A stretch of 41,134 bases of DNA from Myxococcales bacterium (GTDB lineage: Bacteria > Myxococcota_A > UBA9042), in the NCBI GenBank assembly GCA_037441385.1, contig JBBISH010000051.1:1-41134 (forward strand), in the 5' to 3' direction. Positions 16,781 through 26,514 of this stretch are shown in pieces (position 1 is the stretch's first letter; the number at the start of each line of letters is the position of its first letter). The position numbers and the translations under genes were made by a program. The notes under the pieces were generated by a model. The model saw only the letters and a program-made list of their open reading frames with translations, did no database searches and was not told the origin of the DNA.

Positions 16781-17785
16781 ATGGTTAGAGAGGAGCCAAG
16801 CCAGCCCGCACTGACGCCGCGTATGCGGTGGTGGTTGTTGGCAGGGATCGTATTCGTGGCGGGCGGCTGGTTCAGCTGGCGACAGGTGGTGCACCATGTC
16901 GAAAATGACTCGCAGTTCTGCACCAACTGTCACGTGGCGCAAGAGCAGTATCAGCTCTGGCAAAAAAGTGCCCACCGCGACGTGGCCTGCCAGAAATGCC
17001 ACCGCCAGACCCTGGAACAGGCGGCCGACATGCTGAAAGCCTATGCCAGCGGTCGCGATCCCACCAAGCCCGGCTCGGTGGCGGCCGTCCATTCGCCCAA
17101 GGTGGCGATGAGCGCTTGTACGGCATGCCACGGCAAGCCAATGCCGGATCACGCGCCTATCCATGTCTCGGCCGGCCACGCGCTGCACCTGCGGCAGCCG
17201 GATGTGCGCTGCAACTCGTGCCACGGCGCGTCGATGCACCAGAACATCGACCCGCTGGAGTCGTGCGTGCGCTGCCACAAACAAGAGGTGCAGATCACGG
17301 GCATGTCCAAGCTGCACTGCAACGCGTGCCACGATTTCCGCACCAAGCGCGACGACTTGATCCCTTCGCAGGCGCAGTGCATCGACTGCCACGCGGCGCG
17401 CGGCATTTATGTGCCTGATTTCTCTAAAGATCACCACATGGCCAACTTTGGCTGCGGCACCTGCCACCGGCCGCACGGCAAAGGCGACAACCGCATCGTG
17501 GCGTGCACGACCTGCCACTCGTCCAAGTCGCTCAAGGGCATCCATGCCATCGGCGACCACGGCACCTGCGGCGACTGCCACAAGCCGCACCTGTGGCAAG
17601 TCAGCCTGCGCGCCTGCTTGGGCTGCCATAGTCTGAGCGATTTCAACGCGCTCCCGCCAGGCATTCGGCTTCCGCCGGACCGGCCGCAGAGCACTGGCGA
17701 CCTCGCTCGACCGCAACGCCGCACGATCAATGGCGATCTGGCGTGCGGCTCGTGCCACGCCGAGCCCGTGCGAGGCATGCCATGA
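16781..17785 (+). CDS. Membrane-anchored dodecaheme c-type cytochrome with NapC/NrfH-like N-terminus
   Basis: N-terminal TM helix (WWLLAGIVFVAGGWF) followed by 'SQFCTNCH...WQKSAH..V.CQKCH'; 12 CxxCH counted. Confidence 0.85.
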   Translation: MVREEPSQPALTPRMRWWLLAGIVFVAGGWFSWRQVVHHVENDSQFCTNCHVAQEQYQLWQKSAHRDVACQKCHRQTLEQAADMLKAYASGRDPTKPGSVAAVHSPKVAMSACTACHGKPMPDHAPIHVSAGHALHLRQPDVRCNSCHGASMHQNIDPLESCVRCHKQEVQITGMSKLHCNACHDFRTKRDDLIPSQAQCIDCHAARGIYVPDFSKDHHMANFGCGTCHRPHGKGDNRIVACTTCHSSKSLKGIHAIGDHGTCGDCHKPHLWQVSLRACLGCHSLSDFNALPPGIRLPPDRPQSTGDLARPQRRTINGDLACGSCHAEPVRGMP

Positions 17786-19745
17786 TCGCACGCCGGCAAA
17801 CCTGGCTCTCGATCACAGGGTGGCTGCAAGGGGCGCCGATCAGCCTTGTGCAAAAGCTCGTCATCTTGATGTCGGGCGTCATTTGGCTGGTGCTCCTTGG
17901 GCAGACCCTGGTGTGGTTATCTAGCGAAATAACCGACATGGACCACCACGTGCTGGCGGATGGCACCATCGTTGCGCAGAGCGTGGCCACCAGTACCGTG
18001 GCCTTGCTCGAACAGCCAGACGAGACGGCGTTTGCCTCGCTGTTTGACCGCCTGGACAAGACGATCGACGTGGTCGAGGTGGTGATCAGCGATCGCGCGG
18101 GCAAGGTGCTGGCTTCGCGCAAACGTCCCGGCGCCGGGACCGAGATGACCCAGCAATTCGGCGCCTTCCGCTCGCCGCGGCAGAGTCCCGGACTGGCCGT
18201 GCTGCTGGGCGAGGCGACCTTGTACGAAGTCAGCGCGCCGATCGCCCGCGGCAACGAGCTGGTGGGCAACGTGAACCTAGTGTTTCGCTCGGAAGTGCTG
18301 GCCGAGCGGAGCGTCCACCTGACCGCGGTCGCACTGGCGATGGCGCTGCTGTGGATGCTGGTCGGCTCGGGCCTGGCGTCGATCTACGTGCGGCGCATCA
18401 CCAAGCCCTTGGCCGAGTTGGGCAAAGCCGCCGAAGCGGTGGCGGATGGCAAGTTGGACGCCGTGGCCATCGCCCCCACCTCGCGCGACGAAATTGGCAA
18501 GCTGCAGCATCGTTTTGGGCAACTGGTCGAGGCGCTGAAAGAGCAACGCGCAGCCAACGCCGAGCTGCTGGACAAGCTGCAACAGCAGAGCGCGCGCCTG
18601 CGGCAACGCGTGGACGAGGTGACGGCCGAGCTGCGCGAAACGGCCCGCTACCTAGAGTCCGTGTTCCGCGCTATGGAAGAGGGCGTGCTGACGTGCGATT
18701 TGGCGGGCGAGATCGTCCAGGTCAACCAGTCCGCGGGCCGGCAGTTGGCCTGCCTGTCGCGCCCCGAGCCCGGCATGCACTTGGCGCAGATCGTCCCCGA
18801 AGGCGAACCGCTGTGGCGGAGTGTCGAGGAAGTCATTCACACCCGCAAGGGGCGAACCTTCGAGATTTCGCGCATTTGCCCCAACAGCATCGCCGACGCG
18901 GAGGGGCCGGCGCACGGCCCGGCCAGGGTCGGCACGTTGCGGCAGCTGGCCATCCATGCCTATCCGCTGCTGGGCCAAGGCAATCGCTCGCTGGGCGCCG
19001 TGCTGATCGTGACCGACGTGACGGACGAGCGGCAACTGGAAGAACGCTTGCGCCGCCACGACCGCCTGATCTCGCTGGGGACCATCGCCGCCGGCCTGGC
19101 CCACGAGCTGGGCAATGTCATGCACGCCATCCAAGGCTTTGGCATGCTCCTAGCGCGCGCCACCCCCGAAGACGATCCGCGCGCCCCCGACATCGCCGCC
19201 ATCCGCAGCGAGAACCAGCGCGGCGTGCAGTTGCTCGATCGCTTCTTGCAGTTTGCTCGACCCGGCCAAACGCGCTTTGCCGACGAGGATCTGGCCGCCA
19301 TGGTCCACGAGGCCTTGGGCATGTGCGGCTATCGGCTGCGCTCATCGTCGGTGCTGGTCGAGGCCGATGTGGCCGACAACCTGGGCGAGATCCGCTGCGA
19401 CGGACGCCAGTTGGTGCAGGTGCTGGTCAACTTGCTGCTGAACGCCTTGGATGCCCTGGCCGGCGTGGCCAAGCCGGTGCTGCAGGTCAGCGCCCACCGC
19501 GAGGGCCATCAGCATGTGCAGATTCGTGTCACGGACAACGGTTGCGGGATCGCGAGCGAGCACTTGGACCGCATCTTTGACCCGTTCTTTACCACCAAGG
19601 AAGGCACAGGCACGGGCCTGGGTCTGTCGATCGCCCACCAAATCATCGCTTTGCATGGCGGCCAGCTCAGTGTGGAATCGCAGCTTGGCGTGGGCACGAC
19701 GTTTACCATGGACTTGCCAATCGACGGGCCGAAGCAGGAGGTGTC

Positions 19746-19749
<4 letters not shown>
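17782..19749 (+). CDS. Membrane sensor histidine kinase (HAMP, PAS, HisKA, HATPase; NtrB/AtoS-like)
   Basis: Two TM helices, ITKPL...DEIG, LAHELGN, QVLVNLLLNA, DNGCGI, FDPFFTTK and GTGLGLSI. ATGA overlap with the dodecaheme gene. Confidence 0.92.
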
Positions 19750-21152
<1,403 letters not shown>

Positions 21153-21339
21153 CCCTGCCTCACGCCCACATGGAACGAGACCTGGCGCCAAGCGATGGCC
21201 GCGGCCAGGCACAAACGAGGTGCGGACGGGCAACCGCGCGCCTCTGCGAGCAGCGCGCACGACAGACAAGCGCCTGCTCGCATACAGCGCAATCCGCGGC
21301 GCGGCTTGGTGGCCGAGCAGCGGCTTGCAGGAGGAAGTG

Positions 21340-21648
21340 ATGAAGAAGTTTGCAATGTTCCTGGCTCTGGGTCTGGTTGTGGTTGGCACCGGTCTGGCTC
21401 TCCGCGCGACGGATTCGCGCGCCGACGCCGCCCCCTGCGTGCGGACCAAGTTCGAAACCAAGTTGACCGAAGAGGCCTGCAAGAAAGGCGGCCAGGAAGA
21501 AGCCAAGAAGGCCTGGAAGGCCTGGGTTGCCGAGGCCAAGAAGGCCGACGCCGCGATGGCCTGCAAGACCTGCCACACCAACATGGCGCCCAAGTTCGAC
21601 CTGACGCCGGACGGCCTGGACAAGTTCAAGAAGGCCGGTGGCAAGTAG
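21340..21648 (+). CDS. Small exported Lys-rich monoheme c-type cytochrome
   Basis: AGGAGGA RBS, signal peptide MKKFAMFLALGLVVVG, a single CKTCH near the C-terminus and two additional Cys. Confidence 0.75.
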   Translation: MKKFAMFLALGLVVVGTGLALRATDSRADAAPCVRTKFETKLTEEACKKGGQEEAKKAWKAWVAEAKKADAAMACKTCHTNMAPKFDLTPDGLDKFKKAGGK

Positions 21649-21684
21649 CCGCCGCAAGACCTAGTTGGGGCGGATAGCCCTGCC

Positions 21685-21727
21685 CGCGCGCCCGGGGTCC
21701 CCACGGACTTCGGGCGCTGCGTTTTTT
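21685..21727 (+). terminator. Intrinsic terminator ending the cytochrome cluster
   Basis: GCGCCCGGGGTCC-CCAC-GGACTTCGGGCGC stem followed by a T6 run. Confidence 0.7.
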
Positions 21728-21743
21728 GGTCGAACGGGCCAGC

Positions 21744-21805
21744 AAAAAGCACAACGGGCAGGGGACCTAGTCACTGAACATTCGTTCAGTAGTTCGCCCT
21801 GCCCG
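21744..21805 (-). terminator. Long hairpin, probable terminator of the fibre-like gene
   Basis: CGGGCAGGG (21755-21763)/CCCTGCCCG (21797-21805) outer stem and ACTGAAC/GTTCAGT inner stem; followed on the minus strand by TTGTGCTTTTT. Confidence 0.45.
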
Positions 21806-21831
21806 CTGCGGATGGAAAAGCCCTGCCCGGT

Positions 21832-23718
21832 CTAGTTCGTGAGCGGGCCCTCGTAGCTGATCTGGGCACGGCTGTGCTGGCCGTACTGGTTCCACGAGTG
21901 CCACCGGTAGTTGGCGGTGTCGTTCTGGCCCACGATGCGGAACGTGTCGCCCTTCTTGAAGGGCCAGGTGGTGTCCAGGCTGATGAAGTGCCAGCCGCCG
22001 ACGCTCTCGTACAAGTGTGCGTACGCAAAGTCGACTTCGCTGCCGCCCACTGGGGTCCGCCGGAAAATTATACGGCGGTACGAGGTGGTAATGCCGTCCA
22101 TGTACACGTTGACGCGGTAGTAGCCGTCGATATTGATGGTGACCGTCCCGTTCGCGTTGAACGATGCGTACTTGTCCATCGTGTTGAAGTCGATGCCGCT
22201 CAGGCAGTAGGTGTCTTCGCCGCCGCCGCTGCTGTGATTGGGGCAACCGCCCGAGAACATGGGCTTGCGCGGCATCGCCGCCACCCAGTCGGTGCCGTTG
22301 CAGGTCTCGAAGCCGTAGGTGGCCTCCATGCGCAGGGCGCCCTTCTTGGAGGCGTCGCAGGTGGCCTTGTCGACGCCCACGTCCACGCTGCCGCCTACTA
22401 CCAGGTTGCCGTCGATGATGGCATCGCCCTTGACCTGGATCTTCTTGCTGGACAGGGTCTGGATGTTCAGTGACCAGCTAAAGGTGCCGTCCGTGGCCGG
22501 GCTGCCCGAGCCGCCGCCCGTCTTGAGGTCCTTGACGGTAATCGACCAGGGGCCCTTGATGTTCTTGCCGATCCAATCCGCGTTCATGTCGCCCGAGACC
22601 AGCGGCGTGTCGGTGTTGAAGTTGGTCGTCAGCGTGGTACCGGTCTTGCCGCCGTTGTAGAGCACGTACGGCGACGAGATGCCAGGGCCGTACAACTCCA
22701 CGCGCACGCCGCTCATGTCCGAGTTGGTGATCGCCATGTTGACCCAGATCTTCTGCGCCAGGCCGATGTCGGGGAAGGTCAGCGTGTCGGTGGTGCCGGC
22801 GCCCAGGCCGTCGGGGATTTTGACGTTGGCGGTACCCGTGGCTGAATCGGTGAACTGATTGAAGATCAATCCGTTGCTGACTTCGTTGATGCCGTCGGCC
22901 GGCATGTCGGTCTCTTTGAGCGCGACGCAGTTGATGCTGCCATCCGCGTTGAAGCCCTTGAGGAAAAGGCCCGTGCCGCACAGCTTGCCCGCCGCCGGAA
23001 TCGCCGGGGCGTTCTTCAGGTCCGCGTAGTCCCCCGACGTGGCCACTTTGGCCAGGGTGGGCGTATTGGTCAGGTCGGTGTAGCTTCCCGTACCCGCGAC
23101 CGTGGCCAGCGACGCCGCCTTGACGTAGGCGCTCAGGTCGGTCGCCTTGGCGTAGGCCGCCAGATCGGTGGACTTGGCGTACGCGCTGAGGTCGGCTGTC
23201 TTGGCATAGGCGCTCAAGTCCGTCGACTTGGCATACGTCGACAAATCCGTAGTCTTGGCATAGGGTTGCAGAACGCCAGCGTCGAGCGCGCCCGCCTTGA
23301 GGCAGCCCGAGCACTCGAGCGACTCGGCCACCGCCGCGCGCAGGGCAAACAGTGATGTACCCAGTGGCTTGCGCGGCAGCTCGGGGTCGGTGCCGACCTG
23401 CATGCCCATGTAGGCCGTTTGCAGGTTGAGGGCGGCGGCGCTCAGCGGCGTCTTGCTGCCCAGCGTGTACGAGAACTGACCGCCCTTGGCGATGACGCTG
23501 ACGCCGGTCTCGGACCACACGGCGGTGCCGCCCGCCTCGGCCGCGTAGATGGCGAAGTTGGCGGTATAGGTGCCATCGGCAGCCGGTCCGCCGCCGGCCG
23601 ACAGCAAGACGCCTTCGACAGGTGCGGAGGTAGGCACGGCCGCAGAAGCGCTGAGGCCCCAGAACGCGCCAAGAATGCCAGTGGTTGCCAGTAGCGTGCG
23701 CAAACGTCTGCTGTCCAT
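21832..23718 (-). CDS. Secreted fibre/adhesin-like mosaic protein (fibre N-domain, nonapeptide stalk repeats, proprotein-convertase P-domain, C1q-like tip)
   Basis: Signal peptide; 'G.Y..FAIY...GG..VWSE...G.FS..LG' domain; YAK..DLS repeats; LAKVATSGDYADL; P-domain motifs (IPDG, ITNSD, KGPWSITVKD, SWSL); C-terminal beta-sandwich (TINIDGYYRV...FKKGD). Confidence 0.75.
   Translation of the reverse strand: MDSRRLRTLLATTGILGAFWGLSASAAVPTSAPVEGVLLSAGGGPAADGTYTANFAIYAAEAGGTAVWSETGVSVIAKGGQFSYTLGSKTPLSAAALNLQTAYMGMQVGTDPELPRKPLGTSLFALRAAVAESLECSGCLKAGALDAGVLQPYAKTTDLSTYAKSTDLSAYAKTADLSAYAKSTDLAAYAKATDLSAYVKAASLATVAGTGSYTDLTNTPTLAKVATSGDYADLKNAPAIPAAGKLCGTGLFLKGFNADGSINCVALKETDMPADGINEVSNGLIFNQFTDSATGTANVKIPDGLGAGTTDTLTFPDIGLAQKIWVNMAITNSDMSGVRVELYGPGISSPYVLYNGGKTGTTLTTNFNTDTPLVSGDMNADWIGKNIKGPWSITVKDLKTGGGSGSPATDGTFSWSLNIQTLSSKKIQVKGDAIIDGNLVVGGSVDVGVDKATCDASKKGALRMEATYGFETCNGTDWVAAMPRKPMFSGGCPNHSSGGGEDTYCLSGIDFNTMDKYASFNANGTVTINIDGYYRVNVYMDGITTSYRRIIFRRTPVGGSEVDFAYAHLYESVGGWHFISLDTTWPFKKGDTFRIVGQNDTANYRWHSWNQYGQHSRAQISYEGPLTN
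23119..23265 (-). repeat. 27-bp degenerate coding tandem repeat (5 x xYAKxxDLS + partial)
   Basis: PYAKTTDLS, TYAKSTDLS, AYAKTADLS, AYAKSTDLA, AYAKATDLS, AYVK. Confidence 0.9.
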
Positions 23719-23837
23719 GATCATTAGCCCTTTTCGCTTGATGGGAAGCGTCTTCAGGTTCAACGTCGTCGGCGCCGTGGACCCTGGGGTCGCGCGCGGG
23801 CCAGATGGAGTGATGAGGCAATCCTCTTACCTGCCGC

Positions 23838-23866
23838 AGGGTATCGTTTGTAGCGAAGTGCGTCAA
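23838..23866 (-). promoter_or_regulatory. Putative sigma70 promoter of the fibre-like gene
   Basis: Minus strand TTGACG-N17-TACCCT. Confidence 0.55.
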
Positions 23867-24116
23867 ACCTACTCACTGCGATGTGTGCCGGCCTCGCTGC
23901 ACCCTCGCCGACCGGGCCAAGTGCCCCTGCCACGGCGCGCGTCAAGGCCAGCTCGCCCATGCGGCGCGACGGCGACGGTGCGCACCCGTCGGCACTTTCT
24001 ACACACGGTGACCGAGTTTGAAGTGCACCACGTACTGTCACCGCGCGACGGCTATATTGGACGCGGGCTTGGCGACCCACCCAGCACACAGCCATCGCGA
24101 TGACGTCTTGCGAACG

Positions 24117-24161
24117 CCAGCGGATTTCGGCCCAGCGGATTTCGGTCCAGCGGATTTCGGG
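24117..24161. repeat. 15-bp tandem repeat x3 (CCAGCGGATTTCGGN)
   Basis: Three consecutive units at 24117, 24132 and 24147, with 14/15 bases invariant. Confidence 0.9.
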
Positions 24162-24229
24162 ATCGGCGCCGTCGACCAGGGACTTGACCGCACCCCAATG
24201 CTGAAGCGAGGCGCCGGCCGCCGCGCCGG

Positions 24230-25084
24230 TCAGGTCGTGACCCAGTCGGCAACTTCGCGGAGATCGTAGATGAATCGGCCACGCAGCCCCAACGAAGCCA
24301 CCGCCGCTTTTTCGTAGGCGTAGGTGTTGGCTCGCTTCATGAGCGCGACCTTGGCCCCCAGCGCCGCGGGCAGCGCCAGATCCAGCTCGTAGATGTCGCC
24401 ACAGACCAGCGTCTCGGTCGGGCCGCAGCCCGTCTCGCGCCACAGCTGAGTCAGGATGTTGAAGTACTTGCTGCGCTTGAGCAAAACCGGCCGCTCCAGC
24501 CCAGGCCAGCGCTGCTCGCTGGGCAGGTTGGCAAACGCCTTGTCGTCGCTGCCCGCCGGATCGACCCAGAACTTCATGGCGTTGCCGACCACGGTGACCG
24601 CCGCGCGATCCTGGAGACCCAAGTGGTCGATCTTCTTGGCCACGTGCAGGGGCTCGCTGTTGGTCACCACCACCACCCGCGCGCCGCTGTCGACGATGCG
24701 GTCCAGCGCCTCGGTGGCGAAGGAGCGGAAGTGCGTGGCCGAACAGGCATACGCCTCGGCGTAGGTGGCGGCCAGGATGCGACCGCGCTGCTCGTCGTCG
24801 CCGCCCATGCCAAAGTGGCGGAGCATTCGCAACCCAGCGGCAGAACACCGGATATACGGATCGGCATCCGCCGGGGCCGCGTACACGCCGTTGGTGAACC
24901 AGCCCTCTTCGGGCGAGTTGTGGCGCACCGCGACCACCGCCGGGTTCCAGGCGCGGATGAACTCGTCGGGCGCCTGCTGGTGCCAGGCCAGCACGTACGG
25001 AAAGGCCGTGGCAAACGGCGCGCCTTCCGCCTCCGAGTCGGTGAACGTGCCGTCGAAGTCCAGAATGACCAGCGCAGGACGCAT
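24230..25084 (-). CDS. HAD-superfamily hydrolase
   Basis: [20 protein letters not shown] (motif I), VVVTNS (motif II) and [10 protein letters not shown] (motif IV). Confidence 0.85.
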   Translation of the reverse strand: MRPALVILDFDGTFTDSEAEGAPFATAFPYVLAWHQQAPDEFIRAWNPAVVAVRHNSPEEGWFTNGVYAAPADADPYIRCSAAGLRMLRHFGMGGDDEQRGRILAATYAEAYACSATHFRSFATEALDRIVDSGARVVVVTNSEPLHVAKKIDHLGLQDRAAVTVVGNAMKFWVDPAGSDDKAFANLPSEQRWPGLERPVLLKRSKYFNILTQLWRETGCGPTETLVCGDIYELDLALPAALGAKVALMKRANTYAYEKAAVASLGLRGRFIYDLREVADWVTT

Positions 25085-25109
25085 GCGATCCCCTTGTTTT
25101 GTTGCGGAT

Positions 25110-26336
25110 TTAGGCATAGCGAATCTGCACCAGCGTCACGAGCTGGCGCAACACGTCTTTGACCGTCGCGGTGTCTTTGGCCTTGACGATGACCCAGCCT
25201 TCGCCCTCGTAGCCATCGGCGCGGGCCTTGCCGACGGTGGGCCAGTTGGCGTCGACCAGATGCGGCACCGCCGTGATCATGGCCTGATCCAAGCCGGCGA
25301 CGTGCGCCACCTTGCGACCACGGCCCTGGCCGCGGAAAAATGCAGCGCCCACAGCCCATTTGCGGGTCAACTTCTTGGGCCACTCGCCGTGTACCATCAG
25401 CTTGGTCCACAGCGCGACCATGTCGACCTCGTGCGCGACGCCGTTCATCGGCATGATCTGCACACCCGGCGGGCGTGCGCCGACTTCGCTGACCACGTGC
25501 GTACCGTCGTCACGCAAGAACCACTCCATATGCGACAGGCCCGTGTGCATGCCCAGGGCGGTCAGGGCCAAGTGGTTGTCGGGAAGGAACTTCTTGAATT
25601 CCGGAAGGTTGTCCTCGCGCGGCAGAATCACGCAGTACTGCATCCACGGGTTTTCGAGCACTTCGAGCGGCCGGTTCATGTACCAGGTGCCGCTGGACCA
25701 CACGTGCTTGCCGGCGATCGTCACGGTCTCGCAGGTGTTTTCGCGGCCCAGAACGAATTCTTCGGCCTGCAGAGGCGCGTCGATCGACGGCCGCAGGGTC
25801 TTGAGCGCATGGCGCAGGTCCTCGTCGGACTGGATCCGGTAGGTGCCGCGGCTGCCCAGACCCGCCACGGGTTTGAGGATAATCGGCAGGCCGACTTTCT
25901 CTACAAAATCAAGGGCGTCGTTGTCGCTCTCGACCAGCATGTGGCGAGCCACCGGGACACCGGCGGCCCGCAGCACGTCTTTCATCTGGGCCTTGTCCCG
26001 GAAATTCTTGGCCATCTGGATGCCCATGCCGGGCACGTCGGCCAGCTCGCGCGCTTCGGCCATCGGCTGCTGCAGCTGCTCGAGCACACCGTACAGGCCA
26101 TCCAACTCGCCAAAATGCTTGCGGAATGCCCGACATGCCCGCGCCAAGTCCTCGCCGCTCATGCAATTGCCCACTCGGTAGTGACCGGCAATCTTGGCTT
26201 GCAGGTCGGCGGGCAAACGCTCGCGCGGATCCTGGCTGATGAGGAGCGGCTGACACTTGCCCACGTCGGCCAAGGCGCGGACGTAGCGGAGGGTATTCTC
26301 TTGAAAAAACGGAGCGACAAGGGCGATGGTCTTCAT
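25110..26336 (-). CDS. ATP-grasp domain protein
   Basis: FRDKAQMK, GVPVAR, GLPIILKPVAGLGS, EEFVLGRE, GLSHMEWF and EVGARPPG. Confidence 0.9.
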   Translation of the reverse strand: MKTIALVAPFFQENTLRYVRALADVGKCQPLLISQDPRERLPADLQAKIAGHYRVGNCMSGEDLARACRAFRKHFGELDGLYGVLEQLQQPMAEARELADVPGMGIQMAKNFRDKAQMKDVLRAAGVPVARHMLVESDNDALDFVEKVGLPIILKPVAGLGSRGTYRIQSDEDLRHALKTLRPSIDAPLQAEEFVLGRENTCETVTIAGKHVWSSGTWYMNRPLEVLENPWMQYCVILPREDNLPEFKKFLPDNHLALTALGMHTGLSHMEWFLRDDGTHVVSEVGARPPGVQIMPMNGVAHEVDMVALWTKLMVHGEWPKKLTRKWAVGAAFFRGQGRGRKVAHVAGLDQAMITAVPHLVDANWPTVGKARADGYEGEGWVIVKAKDTATVKDVLRQLVTLVQIRYA

Positions 26337-26371
26337 GCGTACCGGCTGCGGCCGCGGTGGCCACTGCGCAT

Positions 26372-26400
26372 AGCTTAGCCCTGTATGGGGGTTTCGTCAC
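26372..26400 (-). promoter_or_regulatory. Putative sigma70 promoter of the ATP-grasp/HAD pair
   Basis: Minus strand GTGACG-N17-TAAGCT. Confidence 0.4.
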
Positions 26401-26430
26401 GCGATTGTCGGACCAAACCCGCGGCTTGCG

Positions 26431-26459
26431 TTGACGAGCGCCATCCAACCTCTTACCGT
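26431..26459 (+). promoter_or_regulatory. Putative sigma70 promoter of the protease gene
   Basis: TTGACG-N17-TACCGT, ~55 bp upstream of the ATG at 26515. Confidence 0.55.
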
Positions 26460-26514
26460 CCCAGGAGCAGGCGCGACACCGTGTTTGATCCGATCCCTGC
26501 CCGAGGTTACGAGC

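Noticed and set aside
21310..21324. GG-N10-GC before the small cytochrome gene
   Set aside because: Poor consensus and too close to the RBS to yield a translatable transcript.
23879..23891. GGCACACATCG on the minus strand, identical to 11 bp of the sigma54 promoter at 14230
   Set aside because: It lacks the -12 GC (reads AG), and a good sigma70 promoter lies immediately downstream.
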